A stretch of 64,000 nt of DNA, taken from NCBI GenBank assembly GCA_022813865.1, contig JALDZX010000027.1:124001-188000 (forward strand). The letters are read 5' to 3'. The stretch comes from Xylographa opegraphella (lineage: Eukaryota). Position 1 is the stretch's first letter; each line of letters opens with the position of its first letter. Both the position numbers and the translations under genes were made by a program. This document shows positions 36,187 through 47,942 of the stretch, one piece after another. The notes under the pieces are model-generated. The model was given only the letters and a program-made list of their open reading frames with translations, was not told the origin of the DNA and made no database searches.

Positions 36187-39100
36187 GGCATACAGAGGAG
36201 TCTCTGGAGAATAGAACGAGTGATACACAAAGTGATGATGTAGTCAGATGGTCACACGACAGCCAGGAATAGCGGTGACTAAAAGAGAAGTGCCGGCGGT
36301 TAGTAAGGAGTGAATGGAATTTGGCTCCAAGCTGGATTAGTCGTAGGTTTCGGGCCGAAGGACAATGGCAATCCGGTCAAAGGAATGTGATTTAAAGGAG
36401 GGATAATTAATCAATGAATCGCAGGACAAAAGAATTGAAGCCGATATAACAGCACAGGGACGAGAATGACGCACCGACCTCCCACGGCTATCTAAGGTCC
36501 AGAAACTATCGGATTGAGTTATCGACGTCGCCCGATGGAGCCTGGTGCCGGGGTTAGAGGGAGATTAGAGTCGAGATTATCCATAAGCGGCGCTGTTGGC
36601 TGCCAACAAATACCCGATTTATTGCTACGCCAATATGTGGCCGGTGCGACCTCATCCAGCTGCCTTCCTGGTACGAGGTGGCGTCGAGGTATTGTAAAGC
36701 ACGACCGAGTTAAGCTGCTGCAATGGGGGTGATAATGATGGTAAGCAATATAACTCGCAACACAGGCTTTGTTCTCTAAGACTATCTAGACCCGCAGCGC
36801 CAGCTACGATGACAACCACAAACCACGGAAGCCCTTGGTCAGATATCGTTTGCACACTTTAACCCCCAAAGGACTTGCAGAGCAGAAAGGTTGCTACAAC
36901 GAAAAAAACAAGATGCCCTTTTCTTCACCCTCTCTCGTCTTTGTCACACTGAGTAAGCCAATTTCGGTGATGTTCTCCTCGACAGTGCCGCCATGCCAGA
37001 CCGATGGTAGCGCAGAGCTGGCGGCCATTGGAACAAAGGACATCTTGACCTCTTCACGGTCAACGTTGTTCAAAATGCTCCATGGAAAGCAACCCTGCGC
37101 ACCGGCTGCTGGGGTCCCTACTGCCAGCTCTATCGGCAAGTGATTTGGATATCCTGCTCCGGTATTCTCCAATACTAGGAGGACGTGGTGGTCCACCATC
37201 CCTTCGACCAATGCAGTTTTGTGCGCCACCAGCAGAGGATTCATTGAGACAGTCTGGAGAGGCTTCTGCATTTCGCTTTGCCACCAGTGAAGTGCGCCAC
37301 TTTTTCAGGAATTTTCGCAGGGTCGGGAGGGCCTGTTCCGCTAGTGCCTCTTGTTCTATCTTCGGATTCGCCTGGTATTTTCATCAGCACTTCTCAAGCA
37401 AGCCTTACGGGTCTCGAAAACGGATTTTACCATTTGCTGGCTCGCATCATCACATCTTCGATCTCTCTGCTCCTTTGGGGCAGAAGTACCGTTCATATCA
37501 GTACAGTCAGAGCAGTCTGCCATCTTGAAGGCCTTGGCCCTTTATTTTGGTAATGGGGATCGTGTTCCGCTGGAAGGGTTCAGGATATATCAAGGCTTGC
37601 TTCGTGGGATTCTTCTTAAGTGACGGTCGTAAGCTAGGGGTGGAATTACCAAGATGTCGACTAAGCCCACAGATTTTCAAGACTTTATGCGACTTGGTGG
37701 AGCCCGAAGCTGGCAAAGGATTGCAAGAGTCGTATCGAACAAAATAAGAGGTGACATACCGCCCTCTATCTTGTAGTTGAAGAGCCTGGGCATCAGGTGG
37801 TTTCCTCTTGACGTGGTGAAGAGCATGTTTCATCCACACCTAATGCACAAGGCATCTTGCAAACCAATTAGGCCAGGCTGCAGTAGAAATTCTCTGACGA
37901 TCGTTGTCTCCAATGACTACTAGAGGACAGTACACTTTCGTAACCGTGCATCGGCACGCAGAACGCTACCCTTGTGGTCTCTCGTACTAAGGGCCTCGCT
38001 AGTGGTCATCAGCATTTCAGGAGAGCCCGGGAAGCTGTCGAAGACTTGCCGTTCTTCACCAATAGCGTGGTAAGTACACCCTCAGTGGGGGCCACTCGTC
38101 GCGACTGATGGTGTTTGGAAGTGATGCTAGTTATCTTCATTGGTCAATCGTCTTTGTTTACTTTCTACGGACAAAGCACGTACGCGAAACCGGGATCGCA
38201 GAAGAAGCACAGCTCTGTTGACCGAGTCGCGTCTGCCAGTCACTTTGTTTACTCGTTCGTGCATCTTGAACGCCGTCAACAGGATGAAAGTATGCAGGAC
38301 CTTATGATCACAATACTTATGCTGTCTGTATGGCCTCTATCACCATTACTCCTGGTATGCAATGGCCGGATAACGATGGTTTTTGGGCCCAACGACCTCG
38401 CCAAGCAAACGGAAGCACTCGACAGCGTTAGCCGTTCGGAAACAACTTATTACTGCTGTATCAAAATCGGAAGGGGCCATAGTAGGGTATTTGGCCATAG
38501 CCTGGCTGGATCCGATCCATGTCCATCAACCACCACCTAGATGCATAGACTAACGTCTTTGCCCAATGGTTTCAACGTTTACCCCGTTCAAGCATCCCGA
38601 TGCCATTAAGATCCCCAAAATGGTGGAAAGAATGACGTTTGATGGCTCCCGGAATCGCCAATTCCAGAGAGAAAATCAAGGATGTGTGGGGACTTCTTCT
38701 TACCTTCGTACGGGACTACAGCCAGTGTTATTTCTCAGTCAAAATACTGAGCTACTCTGGGATTGCCGACTTTGGGCCTTTGTTAAAGATCATACAAGGT
38801 TCTTGACCGGCACAGCATCTTGAAATCTCAACTTTATTAAGCTTGTTAACAGATGGTGCTTGTTTCGGCTGAACGGTCGGTCTTTTCGACATATACACCG
38901 CCATGCCATGGTCTGATACACTAGGACTTTCCCTCCACCAGGCCGAGCTTGAGATGGTCCAGCCCGGCGCAGCGGTACTCAATCATTTGCGGCGGGGCTA
39001 GCCGTGTCAACCAAGGCGTTGGAATGATCCTCGCCAGCTGCGAAGACTTCGGTTTGCGGGGAGGCTCACCCTGTGTCCCGGTATGCATGCTGGACCAGGA

Positions 39101-40580
39101 TCATGGGTACCATCAAACGGAATGGCTGCACTCATCTTGGACAAGAATCCAACCGGAGCCCGAAACAGTGGGAAGCAGGTCATGCCACAGAATGAGAACC
39201 TCGGTCAAGCTTCGTGTGCTCCTAACTATTTTCATATCGGCACCCCACCGCGCTCTCCTTTTGATAACCTGCGCAGTTTACTCCTTCGGTACAACGACAT
39301 TCACGCACTCAAAGGCAATTGCAGTACCCTTCCTGCCGATGCGATATAGAGCTGAGGCGGGCCACCACCGTGTCCAGTTGCCGTTGAAAATCCCATATTA
39401 GCTGACAGCCAAGTTGCAGCATGCACGACCTTTCACATCAGCGCTTCCAGCTCTTCGGGTGGGAACTTTTGGCTCCACTAACAAGAAGCGGTCCGGCATG
39501 CATCTGGACTTGTTCCCCTCCCTCGATTCCAGCGCGGTAAAAGCAAAAAGAAAACCACTGCAGTGACGATCGTCACCTGTTCTTGGCAAAGTTCGAGCCT
39601 GCAATCCAAGCATTGAGGTCATCGGGATTCAGCCTGGTACATTCCGTGCACATCGACTGACGATCACAGTATTGCTTTGCCCTCTTGCACCTCGATGTGG
39701 TCCTAGTGGGAGGGACGGAACGGCGACAGCGTCTTTGAGTTGAAGCTAGCCACGACCGGGTCGGCCCCCACGACGCTTGCGTACCCGATACCGCGGTCCT
39801 CGGTGTGCATTTTTCGCACTAAAAGCTGCCGGATGACAGCACGAATACACGGATCAGAGCGCGACAAGATGGCTGCATCCATTCCATGACATCCCGGCCT
39901 TGAGATGCACACCGCTTGCAGCCTGCACCGGCTAATTATACCCGAGGGCTAAGAAAATTGATGGATTTCCACAGCTTCATGGCCAACTCTGGTTCATTTT
40001 TCGTTTAATACTTGTGTGACAAAGTGCGGTTCACTTTTGGGTGATTACATAGTATAAGGTACCTTAAGATGCCAATCTTCCGGCCATACTTCATCGGGAC
40101 TAGGCCTAAAATCGAAGCCTCGGTGGTTTGTAGAGAAGCTAAACCTTATGGCATTCAGCTTCATATTGTTCTTGAAGCCCACTGTCTTGAGCGTAACATG
40201 CTAGTCCATGTTTCCTTGCCTGTTGATATTGCTGATGGCTCCCGGCAACATCCGCCTCAAAAGCTCCTTCAACAGCCTCTCACATGAGCTTCCGAAAATT
40301 CTTAACCTTTTTCTTCTACTTCGGTTAAGCAATGAAGTTGTGGTTGACTTGACGCATATATGATGTTAAACTTGTGCTGTTTCCACGGAAAAATTGAGCT
40401 TTGGCAAGGTATGATTCACTCACAAAGTATCCTTAAATGTTTCATAAATTGCTACGACTCCCAGCTTTTTCTCCCACCAGACTCAGCTTGCTTCATTCTT
40501 TACTACGTCTTTGTACGAAACTTCCAACATTCTTGCAACCCCGCCCCCCCAAATATTCTTCCTTGTATCCCAATTTCACG

Positions 40581-41564
40581 ATGTCGAACAAAACTGAGGA
40601 CATCAATGTTCATGTCATGGAAACCATATCTCGCCCCTTCACTGCTCTCAATAAAACGATGCAGCGGAAAGTGAGCAAGGCCAAATGCACGGGAAAGCAA
40701 ATAGTTCGGGCAATCTTGCCCTCGCATCCCCTCACCCTCCAATATTGGCAGCGACGCAGAGCCCTTTCCAAGATTCCGCTACCGATCTCGACATCACGTC
40801 TTCTGACACTCCCGGCTGAGATCCGTCAGATGATCTTCGCTCTCGTCCTCGGCAACTGTGTGCTGCATCTTACATGCAAGGCTCGATGGCTTCGCAACTA
40901 TATCAGACTAGTGAACTCCAGTATTAAAGTTCCTTTCGCCCTTATCAAAGACCATAGAAACTGGGCAGTGACACCTTACTATGGGATATCCGGTTGGTGT
41001 ATAGATATCAGAGGCTTGATATTTACCCTGGGAGCATCCGAGAAATACAAGCCTCTCGCTTTACTGAGGACTTGTCGTGCCATATACATCGAGGCCATTC
41101 GAATGATATACACCACAAACATCATCGATCTCGACTACTGGGACTTCGCAGAGCTCAACTACCTGTCCTCCAGCATCGGGCCTCTGCGCTTGGCTTCGAT
41201 CACCAGCTTGCAGATGCACTGTAACGTTTGGTTCGATCTGCGGAACACCGCAGTCACCCATCCCGTCATCGGGCTGATCCATGATTTCCCAGGCATCAAG
41301 CTCTGGCGAGAGGTCTGGCAGATGGTGGCCGAGCAGATGCCAGGCTTGCGCAGCTTAGTGGTGAGATTGCTCATGAGCGTGAGGTTGCATCCGGCCGAGG
41401 AGAGGGAGCTGCTTCGGCCCATCGCCCGGATGGAAGGGTTAAAGCGCCTGAGAGTCCAGAGGATCGTCAATGATGAGCATTGTTTGCGCTCCGAGACGGT
41501 GAATTTCCGGGACTTTGATGGGTCGGTCGTGGATTCGCGGAGAAGACGAGGTGCCTCGATGTAA
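40581..41564 (+). CDS. Fungal F-box-like (DUF7730-type) hypothetical protein, single exon
   Basis: LLTLPAEIRQMIFALVLG and LALLRTCRAIYIEAIRMIYTTN motifs, then LASITSLQ and MPGLRSLVV. An alternative in-frame ATG lies at 40437. Confidence 0.75.
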   Translation: MSNKTEDINVHVMETISRPFTALNKTMQRKVSKAKCTGKQIVRAILPSHPLTLQYWQRRRALSKIPLPISTSRLLTLPAEIRQMIFALVLGNCVLHLTCKARWLRNYIRLVNSSIKVPFALIKDHRNWAVTPYYGISGWCIDIRGLIFTLGASEKYKPLALLRTCRAIYIEAIRMIYTTNIIDLDYWDFAELNYLSSSIGPLRLASITSLQMHCNVWFDLRNTAVTHPVIGLIHDFPGIKLWREVWQMVAEQMPGLRSLVVRLLMSVRLHPAEERELLRPIARMEGLKRLRVQRIVNDEHCLRSETVNFRDFDGSVVDSRRRRGASM

Positions 41565-42358
41565 GAAACGCTGAGGTGTCCGGGTTCTCGGGTTTGAAAA
41601 CCAGTTTCTGTCGCCGAAATGGGTTTTGCGGAGAAATCGCGGTGATGCTGGATTTGCTTAGGGTGGAAGTCCTTGAGCTAGCCTTTCCTCTGTCCTCTTC
41701 ATGTGACCAAATGCATTGGGTATGCTCATGGCAGCAATCATCGAACTAAACGAACTCCTTGTGTCTACGCGGCAGACTTGATACCCCAACCTCTGCTTCA
41801 CCATAGCACCTAACAATACATAGCCCTGCAACGTCTTAGCCATATCACTGCACGCCGGGAAATATTCTCAAAGCACGAGCAAGGAAATCGAAGCTCAACT
41901 CCTGCCTAAAGTTGTCCCTGTACCACCAGCTTCCACCATATCTGCCTCGCATCGACTATCTTACCACAAACCGGCATCACCCCTCGCCAGCTCTCTACAA
42001 TCATACGTTTCCTGTCTTCTCGTTGCCACTCGAAGATCCGCCGCACTCTCCAGACATGAACGCTCTCGGGTTATGAAAGGAATCAACAGAGGCATTATGA
42101 TACGCTTGCAGAGTCAGTTGACGCGTTTGGAGGAGATAGATATATTTGGTGTTCCGGTTTAGAGGATAGACCGTTATGACCAATAGCAAGGACTTACCTC
42201 CATCACGAGGTTTACGCTCACCGTAGCCCATCACAGCGAGCGACAACCTAACGCCCTGGATCCAGCCAACAGCCCTTTCCATTGGACACATACCACTGTT
42301 GCTTCATATACCACAAACGTAAGCCGTCAACAAGAACAGAAAATCCATGTTCAACACA

Positions 42359-43101
42359 TCAATCCGATCCAAGATAAGACCTTTGCTTTTGCCGCCACAC
42401 CCTCAACGATATACACGACGTCGCGAGCGCGCTGAGCAATGACACGACGCCGACCGCTATCCCGGCGATGGCGCCCGTCGACAGAGATCCTTCATGCGGG
42501 CCACCAAACCCAGCCGAAGGCGTGGACGAGCCCGTCGGCAAAGGGCCAAACGCCGCCGTCGCCAACGAAGCCAGCAGCGCAGAAGCCTGCTCGAAAACGA
42601 CTTCGCACGCATCCTGCGTCGTGCTCTAACGAAGCAAAACGTCAACCCTCCCGTTTAATGCATCGCATAGCAGGAGGCAAATACTCGAGGGGAGGGACTC
42701 ACCGCATTCGGGCTCGCCAAACACAGCGCCAGCAAAGCGAGCTGGTTCGCGGCCATCGACTGCCCGTTCGCCGTCTCGCTCACCACGTACGACAGGATGG
42801 CAAAGACCCCGAACAGGACGCCGATCACGAGCGCGATGCCCTGCAGCACCGCGTTCCAGACGAACTGCGTCTTCGACGTCGCCGTCTCCGCGGGCGGGAG
42901 GCGGTCGCCCATCCGTTGGAGCAGTAGTGCCAGCTGCTGCGGGTCCGGGGCCTCGGTTTTCGGCTTCAAGCCCGACAGGGTCTCGTCGAGGCGCTGCAGG
43001 AGCGCGGCGTGCTTGTTGAGGAGTTCGGCGTTGAGGCGGGCACGGAGGTCTTGCAGTAGGGCTTCTTGTTGCGCGGCGGTTGGGGGTGCGGGGTTGGTCA
43101 T
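42359..43101 (-). CDS. Uncharacterised small membrane protein (coiled-coil N-terminus, 2-3 hydrophobic segments), 2 exons
   Basis: Strong GC3 codon bias. A GTGAGT...TAG intron (about 42702-42626) joins ...ANQLALLALCLASPNA in frame to STTQDACEVV...AIAGIAVGVVSLLSALA...RVWRQK. Confidence 0.7.
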
Positions 43102-44162
43102 GGTGGATGCGGATGGGGGAGGTGATGGTGAGGCTCTGAAGTGTTCGTGGGGGTGTCGGAACAGGTTGACTGTCGCTTTATGTAGGTGCTCATGTAGGTA
43201 TGGGTGATATCATCGGCGAGACGGATTTTGTAGCCTGCGAGGCAAGGCGGAGGCTGTGCAAAGACCGACCCGACGTTTTTCGCTCGAACCCCGGCCGGTT
43301 CCCACGCAGCCGCAAGATTTCATCAGCTGTGAATCATGGGAAACTTTGCCTCGAAGGCATGTCTTTTTTTTTTCGATTGAACATGTCGCCGTTGCGTCAC
43401 CACGATGGCTTTTCGAGAGTTTGCCCCTTGTTTACCCCAGGATTAGGGGATTGTCGATTGCATTGCTTATTGGGAAAAGAGCGCGATATATCTGACCCTT
43501 GGTTAGAAAACTTGAAGAAGCGGATGGATGCACACTAAACCTTTCGAGACAGAATTATTTATCCACACAGGCGCAAATATATTTAAGATTTTTTCCTTAA
43601 CCCTGACCTACAGATTCGCGGCGCTGAATTCTAATTTAACTAATCCCTTCTTACCCACCATAAGGAACCCGACTTTCGAGCCTTGAACAACGTTGTAGCG
43701 TTCCTTATTGTAGGCACCCAGTGTGTAGATTGTTTTTTATTGTTTTTCCCCCCTTCTTTGAAAAGGTACGGGGCCTCCGGCTCCCAAGATTTAAAGACAG
43801 GCTATATCGTTCTTCTACGAATACTTAACCAGCGCAACCGCAGCGAACAGCCTGACTTAAACTATCATGTCGGTAGTTCCATAGTCTCTGCACCTCGAAC
43901 CCCACCAAACATATACACAAAGATGTAAACATTGTCATGTATGGAAGTATCCTAGTAGTACAGTATCAAGCACGTCCCTCCCCTTCGCCATCTACCAGAC
44001 TCCACGCCACGAAGCCAGATACTCAAACGACCGTGTAGGGTATCTCCTCAATCGCCAAGAACCAAACCCGCCGAAACGCCTCGCTCAACCAGCAAACACT
44101 TCCATTCCATCGCATCAGTCATCGCGTCCCAACCTTCCTCTTAACCCCTCTCACCCCCCTTC

Positions 44163-45566
44163 TCAGCCCCCAACCCTCCGCATCCACTCCGTAGCCGTAG
44201 CTCTCCGCCCCACCTCCCGCTCCAAACTCCCCTGCAACACACCATCCGCCACTCCCCCGTCCATAACGCGACTCCCTTGCTCCCCAGCCCACGCAAAGGC
44301 CAGCGGCCGCCCCTCCCTCGCCATCGTCAGCCGCTGCAGCGCCATACCCTGATAGGGCACGTCCCCGATGGCCGCGACGAGCAGCGTCACGCCCATTGCG
44401 AAGACATCGGACGCAAATGTCGCTGAAGACACGCTTTTACCCGGGCGGTAGCCCTCGAGCAATTCGGGTGCGGTGAAGGCAGGCGTGATGGCATCGTTGG
44501 CGGGATTGGTGGATGGCGGGGGAGAGCCGGGTGGTAGGACGACGGATGACGAGAAATCGCAGATGAGGGGCTGGAAGTCTGTGTCGGAGACAGGCGATAG
44601 CAGGATGTTGGCGGGCTTGATGTCGCCGTGAATGCAATGCCTGCTGTGGAGGAAAGCGAGACCGCTAATCAAGGCTTTAGCGAAAGTCGTCCATTGCGTG
44701 GTACCGATCACCGGGTCGAACATCGTCCGCGTGGTGAGGGTTTCGCGAGCGGTGTGCAGAGCGGCACGGGCGTGCTCATCGAGGGTTAAAGGAATCGCGC
44801 CGAGGACGAGAGAGTGCGTTTCAGATACGAAGCCGTAAAAGGGAACAATGAAAGTGGATGCTGCTGGGACGGCGTGTAGATAGGTAAGAATGCGGGCTTC
44901 GTGTGCAAGGACGGTGTATGCAGAAGGGCGAACAGGTGTTTTGACAGCATAGACGCGCGAATCGGATTGCGGTAATGGCTTCATATCATTACGTGGCGGC
45001 GAGTTGGGAGGAGTGAGGGGATCGGAAGATGCGGACGTGGAGGAGCTTGCTGTGGCCCGGCGGACGTTGCTCCAGGCCCCGTGGCCGTAGGACTCGCGTA
45101 AGCTAAGGGTTTCTGTGAAGAGCTTCGGGGTGGTTTCATCCCATGATAATGGCTCTATGAGCCTCGAAACAGATTCTTCCTGCTTCGCTTCAAGAGTCGC
45201 ATCCTGGCTGTCTAATGGGGATGCTGCAGCCATTGACTCCTCGGTCTCGTCCTTCGACGTCTCTCTCTTTGACTGCGGAGCTATCGGCGTAACGGGTGGG
45301 GTAAGTATATCAGCAGATGCAGGAAGATCAACTGCTTTAGTCCGGACACATAGAGACGAGTGAGGGGACAATGTTTGTAGCAGAATTTGTCGCGGTTTCG
45401 ATAAGGGTATTGTGCATTCAGTCAGTGGTGGTCTAGTTTCTGTGGCCGAGAAAGGCTTCGTTTGGTTGTCCATAACAGATATTGACCTTTTGTTCAGGGG
45501 AGTTGTAGGCAGCGATTGCAAGGGCTGACGCTGCCTAAGAGGTCCAATATCACGTGATGGTTCCAT
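44163..45566 (-). CDS. Ser/Thr protein kinase (fungal divergent family), single exon
   Basis: YGHGAWSNV (Gly loop), YAVK, HEARIL, HGDIKPANIL, CDFS, TAPEL, SDVFAMG. Confidence 0.88.
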   Translation of the reverse strand: MEPSRDIGPLRQRQPLQSLPTTPLNKRSISVMDNQTKPFSATETRPPLTECTIPLSKPRQILLQTLSPHSSLCVRTKAVDLPASADILTPPVTPIAPQSKRETSKDETEESMAAASPLDSQDATLEAKQEESVSRLIEPLSWDETTPKLFTETLSLRESYGHGAWSNVRRATASSSTSASSDPLTPPNSPPRNDMKPLPQSDSRVYAVKTPVRPSAYTVLAHEARILTYLHAVPAASTFIVPFYGFVSETHSLVLGAIPLTLDEHARAALHTARETLTTRTMFDPVIGTTQWTTFAKALISGLAFLHSRHCIHGDIKPANILLSPVSDTDFQPLICDFSSSVVLPPGSPPPSTNPANDAITPAFTAPELLEGYRPGKSVSSATFASDVFAMGVTLLVAAIGDVPYQGMALQRLTMAREGRPLAFAWAGEQGSRVMDGGVADGVLQGSLEREVGRRATATEWMRRVGG

Positions 45567-46606
45567 TGCGAGTGGCGAGAGACAGGACACAAGGATGTAC
45601 AAGTCTATGCGTCTGTGACGAAGGTGAAAAAAATCAAGACTGATGGAACAAGTGAGCTGATGACAGTTGGCGATTCGATTTCTGATGCGGTGATATAGCA
45701 AGTGGCAGTGCCAAATCTGTGGTATAGGAATACAGACACCAGCACAGAAACCTTTCAGATCCTGCTCTGTCTACAAATGTCCAGAGACAGCAAGATAAGA
45801 TGGAAGTTCGAATTGTAACAGATGAATCTATGTTGATACTCGACCGGGAGTAAAAAGCCCCACTAACGATATTTCACCGAGTGATGCAGTCCAGACTTAA
45901 ATGCGATTGAAGTACATAGTCCGTGAGCCCAAAATAAGGGAACCATGGATCAGCAAATCTTGCAATCCTGAGAAGAGGGCGGATGAAAAGGCAGGTGGTG
46001 AGATTGGCGCGTAGAGATGCGACGTTGGCAACGAAATGTCGCACTTCATGATCGCGGTCTCAGGACCGACGGCGCATCCGCAACGTGCAGGAATCCTCGC
46101 ATCAATTGGCCAGTCATCATCCTTCCAGTCCGGCTTGAGGACTGTATGCCTTTTGATTAGTCTGCGGCGTCGTAGGATTCCCGCCTCCACACTCGATCTT
46201 GGCATGGGCGGTACTGAGTCTGAATCCCGACTTTATTGAAGTCTCTTTCAATCCACATGAGAGTCGCACTCCCAAAAGACGTACAAGGACAGCAGTCAGC
46301 GTCGACATTGCAATTCAATGGGGCCAATATTATCAATATTCATTGTGTGATGCTGCTAAACGACTTCTACGCTGACTGTATTCTTGTGCTCTAGTCCTGA
46401 ACAAGCTTGGCGCCTCACTCTAGCCTTTCGAGATAAGCGAGTATCGGACAAAGCTTCCTCCGTTCCAGCAGCGATTGAACTTTCCAGCTACGTCAACATG
46501 GGGTGAATGCTGCAAAGCAATAATGCAAAGATTGTCGCCCTTCAACGACCGGAAATAGTTCTACACACCGAAAAGCTCAAGCTTGCTCCCCAAGCCAATG
46601 CTCAAG

Positions 46607-47317
46607 ATGGCGCTCAAAACCCTTAGCGCCGCCAACGCCGCCGCCCTGGACAAAGACCTGATGAGCACGGGCGCCTTCTCGCTCGACCAGCTGATGGAGC
46701 TCGCCGGCCTCTCCGTCTCGCAAGCCGTGTACAAAGTGCACCCGCCCAGCCGAGGGCCGAACGTGCTCGTCGTCTGCGGCCCGGGCAACAACGGCGGCGA
46801 CGGCCTGGTGGCGGCCCGGCACCTCGTCCACTACGGCTACAAGCCCACGGTCTGCTACCCGAAAGCCACCAAGAACGAGCTCTACCAGCGCCTGATGACC
46901 CAGCTGCGGAACCTCGACGTGCCGTTCACGAGCGACTTCGCGGCCGCACTGCGGAGCACAGACCATGTCGTCGACGCCATCTTCGGCTTCAGCTTCTCCG
47001 GCGAGGTGCGCGAGCCGTTCGGGGCCATCATCGAGGCGATGGAGAAGACGCCCGTCTCGGTCACGGCGGTGGACGCGCCGTCGTCGTGGAATATCGAGAG
47101 CGGGCCTCCCGCCGCGGGGCCGGGCAAGGACTTCCAGCCCAAGGCCTTGATCAGCTTGACGGCGCCGAAGCCCCTGGTCAAATACTTCAAAGGCAGGCTT
47201 TTCGTGGGTGGCCGGTTCCTACCGCCATCGGTAGCGGAGAAGTACGGCGTGGATATGCCGGCGTATCAGGGCGTGGACCAGATAGTGGAGGTGGATCAGA
47301 ACGGGCATAGGTTATGA
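46607..47317 (+). CDS. NNR1: NAD(P)H-hydrate epimerase (YjeF-N / AIBP), intronless
   Basis: FSLDQLMELAGLSV, VCGPGNNGGDGLVAARHL, VVDAIFGFSF, AVDAPSSW, LISLTAPK, GGRF. An in-frame ATG also lies at 46598. Confidence 0.95.
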   Translation: MALKTLSAANAAALDKDLMSTGAFSLDQLMELAGLSVSQAVYKVHPPSRGPNVLVVCGPGNNGGDGLVAARHLVHYGYKPTVCYPKATKNELYQRLMTQLRNLDVPFTSDFAAALRSTDHVVDAIFGFSFSGEVREPFGAIIEAMEKTPVSVTAVDAPSSWNIESGPPAAGPGKDFQPKALISLTAPKPLVKYFKGRLFVGGRFLPPSVAEKYGVDMPAYQGVDQIVEVDQNGHRL

Positions 47318-47942
47318 ATGGATGAAGTGGACGACCGGCTTATCGAACCACAATGTTCATTGCTATGATGCGTGTCTTGTTCCCAAGACCACCACGATGT
47401 CTAGGTGAACCCCCCATGGCAAGCACAAACATTGATCCCTCATGTCTGAAACCGATACACATGTTCTCGCACCGCATCCCGCAGCCCTCAACCCGATTGA
47501 TCTGGTCAGTGAACCTTTGGGCAACGGAACGCCCGAACTCCTCTGAATACCATGTCAATATAACCACCCTTACCATGTAGCACGTCCCAACAACAATATG
47601 ACTCTTCTATCTTCCGAATCCGACCTCTCCCGTAAAGTAGCAGCAGTGAGAGGACGAATAGCAGCCGCAGGTGAGAATTTATGTTGGGACTCGTGAACAG
47701 ACCGATATCATAGAAAGTACGAGAAGAACCTACAGCACAGAGTTCGATGCTCCCGATAAATGTAACTCATATCTCAACGCTCATGATATGTAGAGCAGCG
47801 TTGAGCGATGGTATTATGCTATTGTGTACTATGCCAGCTTGCCAAGAAAATGAAATAAATTGGTATCACGTCTATGAAGTCTATCCCATCCCGTGCTTTA
47901 CAGAAAACATATATGGCCTTACTACTGTACATACTTCCTTTG

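Noticed and set aside
43597..43612. TTAACCCTGACCTA telomere-like / telomerase-template-like sequence
   Set aside because: Only one imperfect repeat, with no tandem array or other telomerase RNA elements recognisable.
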